From contig JAJFLP010000109.1 in the NCBI GenBank assembly GCA_021772635.1, positions 7,317-71,316 on the forward strand: a DNA stretch of 64,000 nucleotides, read 5' to 3'. The position numbers and the translations under genes are program-made. The stretch comes from Verrucomicrobiota bacterium. GTDB lineage: Bacteria; Verrucomicrobiota; Lentisphaeria; JABSQK01; JAJFLO01. The notes beneath the pieces were generated by a model. The model searched no databases. It saw only the letters and a program-made list of their open reading frames with translations, and was not told the origin of the DNA. This document shows, one piece after another, positions 19,205 to 27,049 of the stretch (position 1 is its first letter; every line of letters begins with the position of its first letter).

Positions 19205-19410
19205 TAGACGCAAAGAGAAAAGACTCACACTAAAGTGCGAACTCCAACAGCGATATCGCCAATAGAAGCGCCCGTTGGAGTTCACGCTTCAGCGTGTGTT
19301 TCCGAGGTAATCCCATCGATTGCCCGGTGGCACATCCCGCGACCTTGGGGTTCTGAAATGCCGGTCGAAGCGCCCGTTGGAGTTCACGCTTCAGCGTGTG
19401 TTTTCGAGGT
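19205..19410. repeat. REP array downstream of RAYT, comprising one REPIN doublet (19205-19295, matching 18456-18545) followed by two direct REP units
   Basis: AGACGCAAAGAGAAAAGACTCACACTAAAGTGCGAACTCCAACAGCGATATCGCCAATAGAAGCGCCCGTTGGAGTTCACGCTT is present on both sides of the RAYT gene in direct orientation. Confidence 0.7.
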
Positions 19411-19469
19411 ATACTGCTTGCAGCATAATTACGAAACCACGAGATTTAACCAGAACCTTTAGGAAAACT

Positions 19470-20246
19470 ATGAGAAAGTCGATATTCACTGCATTTAGCC
19501 TGGCGGCTATTTCTATACCGATTCTAACATCATCACTCTTCGCCTTCAATCAATCACACGCCCTGTTTGATGAGGTCCTTTCGACACACGTAAAGGACGG
19601 GAAAGTTGATTATAAGGCATTGACGGCGGACGCGGCTAAATTCCAGCAATATCTGGAGGCACTCGCCAGTGTAACGTCGGAGGAACTGGATTCCTGGAGT
19701 AAGGAACAAAAACTGGCATACTGGATCAATGCGTACAATGCGTATACTATCAAGGCAATCGTTGACGCCTATCCGGTTAAAAGCATTAAGAAAATCCCGG
19801 GAGTCTGGAAGAGAACGAAGCGGAAAGCGGGGGGCATAGAGATTACCTTAGACGACATAGAACACAAGGTGCTACGGGCAGAACTTAAGGAACCACGGAT
19901 TCATTTCGCGATCAATTGCGCGTCAATCGGTTGTCCCAGACTGAGCGATCGAGCGTATAAAGCAGAAGGGTTATACGAGCAACTGGATGCCAGCGCGAAA
20001 GCGATGTTCAAGAACCGGGAGCAGTTCCGAATTAACTATCAAAAGATGGAACTGCACCTGTCAAAAATATTAAAATGGTTCGGCGAAGATTTTAACGGGT
20101 ATTCCGGCGTAACGAATTACAGGAAAAATAACGGTATTATCTCGTTTATCGTTAACTACCTTCCGAAAGCCAAACAAAATTTCATCACTTCCAACGACCT
20201 AAAGATAAAATGGTTGGATTACGACTGGAATCTAAATGACTTATAA
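19470..20246 (+). CDS. DUF547-domain secreted/periplasmic protein
   Basis: Signal peptide MRKSIFTAFSLAAISIPILTSSLFA. DUF547 core YWINAYNAYTIKAIVDAYP...HFAINCASIGCPRL. SD AGGAAA upstream. The track ORF start at 19320 is REP read-through. Confidence 0.6.
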   Translation: MRKSIFTAFSLAAISIPILTSSLFAFNQSHALFDEVLSTHVKDGKVDYKALTADAAKFQQYLEALASVTSEELDSWSKEQKLAYWINAYNAYTIKAIVDAYPVKSIKKIPGVWKRTKRKAGGIEITLDDIEHKVLRAELKEPRIHFAINCASIGCPRLSDRAYKAEGLYEQLDASAKAMFKNREQFRINYQKMELHLSKILKWFGEDFNGYSGVTNYRKNNGIISFIVNYLPKAKQNFITSNDLKIKWLDYDWNLNDL

Positions 20247-20270
20247 CAGTAAAGGAGCCCGAACACGATT

Positions 20271-20621
20271 ATGAAACACTTAGAAAGTTTAAATGATCTT
20301 GATGATGCGATTGCCCAGTCGTCAGAAAAGCCGGTATTCTTATTCAAACACAGCACGCGCTGTCCCGTCAGCGTGGCAGCCGACCAGGAGTATCTAACCT
20401 TTGTTGACGATCACGCCGACAATGCCGACGTAATTTTTACCCATTTGGATCTGTTGCAGCATCGCGACGTGTCTGACGCCATAACCGAAAGATTATCGGT
20501 GCAACACCAATCGCCGCAGGCGATACTGGTTATCGACGGCGAAGCGAAGTGGCATAAATCTCACGGGAATATCAACCAGGCGTCGTTAACTGCAGCGTTA
20601 ACGGCGGATGCCGACGCATAA
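20271..20621 (+). CDS. ytxJ: YtxJ-family (bacilliredoxin BrxC-like) thioredoxin-fold monothiol protein
   Basis: 116 aa with KPVFLFKHSTRCPVS, matching the YtxJ T-C-P-x-S active-site motif. Thioredoxin-like secondary pattern. AAGGAG SD. Confidence 0.6.
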   Translation: MKHLESLNDLDDAIAQSSEKPVFLFKHSTRCPVSVAADQEYLTFVDDHADNADVIFTHLDLLQHRDVSDAITERLSVQHQSPQAILVIDGEAKWHKSHGNINQASLTAALTADADA

Positions 20622-20642
20622 CGACCTTAATACTAAAAAAAA

Positions 20643-20728
20643 CATCGAATATCGAACAAGGAATCTGGAATGACGAAGTAAAAAGATTTAGAATTCGACG
20701 TTCCTTGTTCGATATTCGATATTTTTTA
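20643..20728 (+). terminator. Rho-independent terminator with unusually long stem (21-bp arms, ~36-nt loop) followed by a T-run
   Basis: CATCGAATATCGAACAAGGAA ... TTCCTTGTTCGATATTCGATAT then TTTTTTAATTTT. Lies directly after the ytxJ stop. Confidence 0.5.
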
Positions 20729-20792
20729 ATTTTCGTTCAGTGTAGTTTTGTTTTGAAATTGAAAAACAATCTGCCAATATTATATTACCCAT

Positions 20793-21038
20793 ATGAAAAC
20801 AACAATCGATATTGCTAACAATATTATGGTCCGATCAAAGAAGCTTTCTCGGCGTCAGAAGGTCACCTTTAAGGCCTTGGTGGAAGAGGGCCTTGAGCTG
20901 GTCTTAGAAAAACGCACTGCGAAGGGAAAATACAAGGCGCAGCCAGTAACGTTTGCGGGAGCGGGTCTGAGCGGCGAGTATAAGAAAGCTTCATGGGAGA
21001 AAATCAGAGAATTGGCCTATGGAGATCGGGGCGGATGA
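20793..21038 (+). CDS. Type II antitoxin, VapB/RHH-like (MKTTIDIxD-type)
   Basis: 81 aa with N-terminus MKTTIDIANNIMVRSKKLSRRQ. Stop overlaps the next ATG in an ATGA 4-bp overlap. Confidence 0.6.
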   Translation: MKTTIDIANNIMVRSKKLSRRQKVTFKALVEEGLELVLEKRTAKGKYKAQPVTFAGAGLSGEYKKASWEKIRELAYGDRGG

Positions 21039-21475
21039 TCGCGGTGGATACGAATATACTCGTATATGCTCACCGGGAAGACTCAGAGTGGCACAAGGAG
21101 GCTTTGTCGGCATTGATTGAATTGTCTGAGGGAACCCAGCGTTGGGCGATTCCATGGCCATGTATTCATGAGTTCGTTGCGATCACTACGCATCCAGCGA
21201 TTTACTCACCACCGAGTCCTCTTGAGACTGCGCTAGCGGCGATCGATAATTGGCTGAATTCCCCCACCTGCCATCCGATTGCCGAAGGCCCCGATTACTT
21301 CTCATTATTGACGGATTTATCGAAATCGGCGAAGACAAAAGGGCCGATGATCCATGATATTCGGATCGCGGCGATTTGCTTGCACAATGGTGTCAAGGAA
21401 CTTTGGACTGCCGACCGGGACTTTTCGCGCTGCAAAGAGCTGAAGACGCTAAATCCTCTTATTGCCGCTATTTGA
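21035..21475 (+). CDS. PIN-domain toxin VapC
   Basis: Starts MIAVDTNILVYA (first acidic PIN residue); later catalytic acidic residues in DIRIAAICL and TADRDF. Track ORF start 20993 lies upstream of the coupled ATG. Confidence 0.8.
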   Translation: MIAVDTNILVYAHREDSEWHKEALSALIELSEGTQRWAIPWPCIHEFVAITTHPAIYSPPSPLETALAAIDNWLNSPTCHPIAEGPDYFSLLTDLSKSAKTKGPMIHDIRIAAICLHNGVKELWTADRDFSRCKELKTLNPLIAAI

Positions 21476-22978
21476 TCCATTCACGTATGCGGCCCATGGT
21501 TCGAAACTAACCGGAATCTTGAATCGAGGAAGGACTTCTTCTAATGCCTGGCGGATCTCATGCTCGGTAAGGGTTGCAGTTTTATTCACTTCAACGAAGG
21601 CTCTCGGTCGGAATCCGAACTCGCTATTGACCGCCGGTACTACCGCTGCCTTTTCGATTCCATCGATGGCCAGTAGCACTGTCTCTATTTCTTCCGGATA
21701 AATATTCTCGCCGCCGGATATGAACATTCTATCCTTGCGCCCGAGAATATGCAGATACTCCTCGTCATCGAGGTACCCAAGGTCACCGGTGTGATACCAC
21801 CCATCTTCGCTAACTACCGGTTCAACTTCGCCGTCGACAACGTAGCCCACGCACAATGTCTGTCCGTTTACCAGTATCTCACCGTCGTCAGCGATTTTGA
21901 TAGTCCGATACGTCAATATCTTACCCGCTGTTGATAGCCGCTCGACCGTATCGCCGATCTCCGTCGACGTAATTTGAGAACACATTTCGGTCGATCCGTA
22001 CGTTGTTGTTATCGGCAGTTTAATCGAGTGCGCGTCTGCAATCAGATTCCCGGGTATTATATCTCCACCGAGTAAAATGGTCTTGATACCGGGCAGGGTT
22101 TCTCCGCTGGCGCCGTGTGCCAGTAACCTTCTTAGTTGCGTCGGAACTAGAGAAAGCCGGGAGATCTTGAATTCGATCAAAGTTGAAAGACAGATTGGTG
22201 AATTTTCCGCGATCACACAGGTTGCGCCAGCCAGTATGCAGCGGTAAAGGATCGCTAAGCCGCCGATATGATAGATTGGTAGCGAAAGCAGCCATCGATC
22301 ACCTGGCACTAACCGACTGTTTTGGTTCGATCCTAACGCGCTGTGCCAATGGTTTCCGAAACTGTGTTGTACGGCTTTAGGAGCGCCAGTCGAACCTGAC
22401 GTAAGGAGTATAGTTGCCAGCTGATCGCTATCAATGGCAATCTCGTCCTCAGCCTGCTCGGTGTGCTCTGCAGCATCATTCTCGTCTACAATCGAATCGA
22501 TTTGAGTGACGGGACATGGTAAGTTGGAGTCGTTGTGCCGACTGGCATGATTTCGGCTTGTTATACTGCAGGCAGTATGTTTTTCGGAAGACTTTAAAGT
22601 CTCACCTAAGGGATTTCGAACGATAATTCGAAAACTCGAAGACGATGAGTATACAAGCAACCCGCATTTCAGTCGACTTGAGACATCAATGAGAACGGAG
22701 GTTGGTTCTCGTACGCTTATCGGGCATGCAATCGCGCCCAATCGAATGATTGATAGGAGAGCGATACATGCATCCGCTGAATTCGGCAGGTAAACAGCCA
22801 CTCTATCTCTGATTCGCACGCCGCACGCCGCTAGCTTTCGCGACGACGACGACACGACGGCGTCTAGCTCCCTATAACTGTATGAACGTCCCCCCGCTAC
22901 TAACGCGGTTGCTGATGGCTGACGTATTGCATTATGTCGTAGTGGACAGAGGATATTGTTTTCAAGAGACTTAAGCAT
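21449..22978 (-). CDS. AMP-binding adenylate-forming ligase (MenE/acyl-CoA synthetase-like); N-terminus uncertain
   Basis: TSGSTGAPKAV (A3), YGSTE (A5), YHTGDLGYLDDEEYLHILGRKDRMFISGGENIYPEEIE (A7-A8). The first ~69 aa of the track ORF are a translation of repeat family A, so start is taken at MLKSLENN. An in-frame TGCAAGCAG-family repeat lies at 22565-22590. Confidence 0.65.
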   Translation of the reverse strand: MLKSLENNILCPLRHNAIRQPSATALVAGGRSYSYRELDAVVSSSSRKLAACGVRIRDRVAVYLPNSADACIALLSIIRLGAIACPISVREPTSVLIDVSSRLKCGLLVYSSSSSFRIIVRNPLGETLKSSEKHTACSITSRNHASRHNDSNLPCPVTQIDSIVDENDAAEHTEQAEDEIAIDSDQLATILLTSGSTGAPKAVQHSFGNHWHSALGSNQNSRLVPGDRWLLSLPIYHIGGLAILYRCILAGATCVIAENSPICLSTLIEFKISRLSLVPTQLRRLLAHGASGETLPGIKTILLGGDIIPGNLIADAHSIKLPITTTYGSTEMCSQITSTEIGDTVERLSTAGKILTYRTIKIADDGEILVNGQTLCVGYVVDGEVEPVVSEDGWYHTGDLGYLDDEEYLHILGRKDRMFISGGENIYPEEIETVLLAIDGIEKAAVVPAVNSEFGFRPRAFVEVNKTATLTEHEIRQALEEVLPRFKIPVSFEPWAAYVNGSNSGNKRI

Positions 22979-23220
22979 GAGCGATGAATAATAGTTATTT
23001 GTTCGTACTGCTTCCAGTATAGTATACCGTACTCCATCGGGTTTATCGCCTCTTGAACGCATGGACCGCGAAAGATATAGTAGCGCCAAAATAATCGCGT
23101 TGGGTTCACCGTTTAATCCCACCAGTGGGTTTAATTCCCCGTTCTGCTGTCCAGCACGAACCCGCCTGTGCGGGAACCCCTTCAACCTCTAAATCTTGAG
23201 TAATTTGACTGAGATTTTCA

Positions 23221-23294
23221 CCATGAAGGACATGAAGAGCATGAAGTAAAGACTTTATATATTTTCCCCTTCATGCTCTTCATGTCCTTCATGG
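23221..23294. repeat. Unique perfect 26-bp inverted repeat with 22-nt AT-rich loop
   Basis: CCATGAAGGACATGAAGAGCATGAAG-TAAAGACTTTATATATTTTCC-CTTCATGCTCTTCATGTCCTTCATGG. The left arm reads ATG AAG GAC ATG AAG AGC ATG AAG TAA. Confidence 0.6.
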
Positions 23295-23415
23295 TTGTAA
23301 AGCATTATTCGGTTGGCAGATCGCTCTTACGAAACTTGGCGGAAATCTCCGATACTGTGAGCCCGTTTCGTATTGTAAAATGTGGGTTAAAAAGGAAACC
23401 GACTGGTCGGCTTTT

Positions 23416-23919
23416 ATGAAACAAGTTGAACGTCTTAACCTTGTCGCGCTCATCATACTGATATTCGGCTTCAGCCAAATGATCGGATACGTATTGGACA
23501 TCCCGCCGCTTCGAGGCATCGGCGCGGCGTCGACGATCGCGCCATTTCCGAGGGTATTCTCCGATGCGGACGGCATCGAGACGTTCGCCTTGAATTTTAT
23601 TCTGGAATACCGTGATTCAGGCGGCAATCCGAAAAGACTCGGAATTACTCCGGAGATTTACTCCAGACTGGAGGGGCCGTATAACCGTCGTAACGTGTAC
23701 GGTGCGGCCCTGTCATACGGCCCCACTCCTCGATTTCCCCAGCGCCTATTCAATCAGGTGTTCGAGTACGCTTTCGTCGAGCCTGGTCCTTTACGGGCAG
23801 AATTCGGAATCCCCCAAGGTGCAACAGATTTCCAGTTACTTGTGACTTCAAAGACCAAAGGACGACCGGATCACTGGCGTTTACCGAAAGAACCCACCAG
23901 TGGGAATCCTCTCAACTGA
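23416..23919 (+). CDS. Hypothetical protein with one N-terminal TM anchor; no recognisable domain
   Basis: Start taken at MKQVERLNLVALIILIFGF because upstream residues of the track ORF are repeat-derived. The C-terminal residues (PTSGNPLN) also run into a repeat copy. Low confidence that this is a real gene. Confidence 0.3.
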   Translation: MKQVERLNLVALIILIFGFSQMIGYVLDIPPLRGIGAASTIAPFPRVFSDADGIETFALNFILEYRDSGGNPKRLGITPEIYSRLEGPYNRRNVYGAALSYGPTPRFPQRLFNQVFEYAFVEPGPLRAEFGIPQGATDFQLLVTSKTKGRPDHWRLPKEPTSGNPLN

Positions 23920-24002
23920 TTCAGGGTACGTGGAGCCTTTTTTAACTTACATTTCACGAGGAACAATTGCCTGAGTCGGCTCGGTGTCGTCGGTTAATAC
24001 CA

Positions 24003-24158
24003 AATGTCACTAAGTTAAGGAAATGAGGCGAGTTCAGGACGCATGTTGGAGTTCACGCTTCAGCGTGGTCCTTAAATTCCTAAAAAGAAACACCACGCTG
24101 AAGCGTGAACTCCAACGGCCCCGAACACATACAAATCCTTAACTTAGTGACATTGCGG
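24003..24158. mobile_element. REP-derived MITE: inverted REP doublet (GTTGGAGTTCACGCTTCAGCGTGG / CCACGCTGAAGCGTGAACTCCAAC) framed by ~25-bp terminal inverted repeats (TGTCACTAAGTTAAGGA...)
   Basis: Whole element is a ~155-bp imperfect palindrome. Second copy at 26868-27018; truncated copy at 11240-11320 abutting the fabB stop. Confidence 0.55.
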
Positions 24159-24511
24159 TTAATGCATAACGATATCCTTTTCAGGTTTATTGTTTCTAGC
24201 AAATTCCGATAGAATAAGATCGAAAATCGTCCCGTATCAACGGGATCCCGCCTTATGCGGGGCAAACCTGTCCGGCGAACCTATACCGCAAGCGGTACAA
24301 TTTTTGGAGGACTTGCAAGTAACCGCGTATAGGATGCCGAACGATATATTTTAGCCACCCGGGCGACGCCTCCCTTGAAACTTGGCGGAAATCTTCGACA
24401 TTGAGAGCCCGTTTCGCATTGTAAAATGTGGGTTAAAAAGAAAACCCACTGGTGGGCTGGTCGAAAACTCAAAGGCGTTTAGTATAAAAAAGTGAAGACG
24501 GATCGAAATTA

Positions 24512-25786
24512 ATGAAACTAACCGCTACCAAAGATATATCACCATACCAATTCGCTGTTTTCCGAATCATTTTCGGCCTGTATCTCACGGTTCACTTCGC
24601 CAATTTACTACCGTACGGAACAGAGTTATTCAGTTATGACGGTGTTATCTCAGACCCGCGCTTGAATCCCTTACACGGGATCTTCCTGAATCCGTTGGTT
24701 TCCTTCGGTAGCCCGTTCTCGATAAAATGGTTCCTGGGTATTTCAATATTACTCTCCACGCTGTTCACTCTCGGTATTTGCCGACGCCCGGTGTCCTTGA
24801 TGTTGTGGTTCGTATGGGCATGCCTGTTCAATCGTAATAATTTGATAAGCAATCCGGGGATCCCGTATGTCGGACTAATCCTCGTGATGTGCGCGGTGAT
24901 ACCGTCCGGCGACGAGCTGAGTATAAATCCGTTCACCAGACGCCGGAACCGAGGCACTGACGATAAATGGTTTTTCCCCGGGTACGTCTATTGGGGCGCA
25001 TGGATTCTGCTGGCTGCCGGATACACCTTCAGCGGTATTATTAAACTGCAAAGTCCGAGTTGGGAAAACGGCGAAGCGATTCGCATGCTCCTCGAGAATC
25101 CGTTAGCGCGTCCGAGCTTCCTGAGGGACTTGTTCCTGGAATCTCCTGAGATTCTCCTGAAAGCTATGACGTGGGGGGCGCTCGGCATTGAGATTGTTTT
25201 TGTATTCGCCAGTTTTCATCGGTTAACTCGATTGTGGGCGTGGCTGCTCATGATTGGTATGCATCTCGGGATCGTCATGCTCGTTGACTTCGCTGATCTG
25301 ACCTTGGGTATGTTGATGATTCACTTTTTCGTCCTCGACCCCGACTGGTTCAGGAGTCCCCGCAAATTGGCAGGTAAGAAAAACATCGTTTTCTTCGATG
25401 GCGTCTGCCATTTCTGCAATAAGACCATCAAATTCCTCGTGAAGGAAGATCGTAGCCGGATGCTGTATTACTCGTCGCTTCAGGGAGAAACGTTTCAGTC
25501 GCTTGGCAACGGTGAACTCGACCCGAACTGGCTGAAAAGCATCGTTTTTTTTGAAGCCGCCGGGGAGACGGACCAACGAATGCACACGGGCTCCTCGGCA
25601 GTCGCCCGATTACTTATATGCATGGGCGGATTCTGGCAGATCGTGGGCAGGTTTCTGTGGGCAATACCCGGTCCGGTTCGCGATTTCGGATACGAGTTCA
25701 TCGCGTCCCGTCGTTACAAATGGTTCGGTAAATACGACGAGGTCTGCGCGATCCCCGATCCCAGTGAGCGCGAGCGGTTTATTTGA
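24512..25786 (+). CDS. HTTM (vitamin-K-dependent gamma-carboxylase-like) membrane domain fused to a DCC/DUF393 thiol-disulfide oxidoreductase domain
   Basis: N-terminal ~280 aa polytopic domain typical of HTTM. C-terminal VFFDGVCHFCNKTIKFL (CxxC) and YKWFGKYDE typical of DUF393. Confidence 0.6.
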   Translation: MKLTATKDISPYQFAVFRIIFGLYLTVHFANLLPYGTELFSYDGVISDPRLNPLHGIFLNPLVSFGSPFSIKWFLGISILLSTLFTLGICRRPVSLMLWFVWACLFNRNNLISNPGIPYVGLILVMCAVIPSGDELSINPFTRRRNRGTDDKWFFPGYVYWGAWILLAAGYTFSGIIKLQSPSWENGEAIRMLLENPLARPSFLRDLFLESPEILLKAMTWGALGIEIVFVFASFHRLTRLWAWLLMIGMHLGIVMLVDFADLTLGMLMIHFFVLDPDWFRSPRKLAGKKNIVFFDGVCHFCNKTIKFLVKEDRSRMLYYSSLQGETFQSLGNGELDPNWLKSIVFFEAAGETDQRMHTGSSAVARLLICMGGFWQIVGRFLWAIPGPVRDFGYEFIASRRYKWFGKYDEVCAIPDPSERERFI

Positions 25787-25875
25787 GCAGAGATTAGGGC
25801 CCGCAGCAGAATACTGGCGAATTATTCAGGTTAAACCCTTGAATGTATGATAATCTGATTATATGATATATTATT

Positions 25876-26148
25876 ATGGAAAAAACAATTACAGTTACGG
25901 ATGCAGCGAGAAATTTCGCTGATATCATTAATCGCACCTATTATTCGCACGCAACTACAACACTCCTCAAATCTGGAGAGCCGGTGGCAAGAATTGTTCC
26001 GGTCGCACCGGCTAAATGTCTTGCACGTGATTTGTCTCGTTATTTAGCAGAAATTCCACATCTGACCAAAAAAGAAGCGTCAGATTTCGAACGCGATTTG
26101 GCTATATCCTCCGGCAATCTAGCGACGACGGCAAGTAAATGGGATTAG
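25876..26148 (+). CDS. Phd/YefM-type antitoxin
   Basis: 90 aa with MEKTITVTDAARNFADIIN...GEPVARIVPV. Overlaps downstream PIN gene by 10 bp. Confidence 0.6.
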   Translation: MEKTITVTDAARNFADIINRTYYSHATTTLLKSGEPVARIVPVAPAKCLARDLSRYLAEIPHLTKKEASDFERDLAISSGNLATTASKWD

Positions 26149-26558
26149 TACTGGATACTTCGATCATTATTGGTGCCGAGAGGAAAAAACTGGACTTACT
26201 ACGTTTACTGCAAGAGCAACCGGTCACGGAAACCGTCATGATTTCAGTCGTCACGGCCTCAGAGTTATTACATGGTTGTGAGCGAGCTTCTGATAAGACT
26301 ATTCGAAAGAAACGTGCTGCTTTTGTGGAAGCAATCCTGGAGCAGATTCCCATTATCGAATTCAAACTGGAAGAAGCACGTCGACACGCGGAACTATGGG
26401 CGAAGTTGGAGAGCAGAGGTATTCGGATTGGGGCATACGATATGATAATAGCCGCCACATGTTTGAGTGCTAACGCGAAATTGGCAACGTTAAACCGTGC
26501 AGAATTTTCTCGCGTGGATGGCCTCAATCTCATGAAGACCGACCCCTACCTTCTTTAA
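26139..26558 (+). CDS. PIN-domain toxin VapC
   Basis: MGLVLDTSIIIG...YDMIIAATCL...TLNRAEF pattern of PIN acidic residues. Confidence 0.8.
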   Translation: MGLVLDTSIIIGAERKKLDLLRLLQEQPVTETVMISVVTASELLHGCERASDKTIRKKRAAFVEAILEQIPIIEFKLEEARRHAELWAKLESRGIRIGAYDMIIAATCLSANAKLATLNRAEFSRVDGLNLMKTDPYLL

Positions 26559-26867
26559 ATTGGGAGGAGAGTCGACATCGAAAGCCTCTCTTATTGATAG
26601 GCCACGCCAAGTAGGCAAGGCCTTTATCGTGCGACAGTTAGAGAACGACTGGGCTTCTGCGGGTTGGATAACTTTATTCTATACGGAAAGTCACGGAGTT
26701 TTCGACCAGGCGTTCTACTGGTAAGCAGAATGCCGGTTGAAAATATACCGTTCGGAGTCTCTTACGCAATCATTTTGAAGTCGTCTCTCTCCGCACGAGC
26801 GGAGTCTCTGTCATCTGAATCGTATTCTCGGAGTCCGCTTATGCGGGACGGGTAATATCAATGTCAC

Positions 26868-27018
26868 TAAGTTTAGGATTTGTATGTGTTCGGGGCCGTT
26901 GGAGTTCACGCTTCAGCGTGGTATTTCTTTTTAGAAACCTAAGAACCACGCTGAGGTGTGAACTCCAACATGCGCCCTGAACTCACCTCATTTCCTTAAC
27001 TTAGTGACATTGCGGGTA
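26868..27018. mobile_element. REP-derived MITE, copy 2 (see 24003-24158)
   Basis: CAATGTCACTAAGTT...GTTGGAGTTCACGCTTCAGCGTGG...CCACGCTGAGGTGTGAACTCCAAC...AACTTAGTGACATTG. Confidence 0.55.
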
Positions 27019-27049
27019 ATCCGGACTAAAAATTGTACCGCTTGCGGTA

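Noticed and set aside
21449-23185. Full 578-aa extent of the AMP-ligase ORF
   Set aside because: The first 69 codons are repeat family A read-through; a start at 22978 is preferred. The 3' ends of this gene and vapC overlap convergently by 27 bp, which is plausible and not an error.
23221-23250. Mini-ORF MKDMKSMK inside the perfect palindrome as a leader peptide
   Set aside because: The ATG AAG units are a by-product of the CATGAAG palindrome arms. No SD, no downstream attenuator-regulated gene, and the complementary arm gives the same codons. Kept only as a structural feature.
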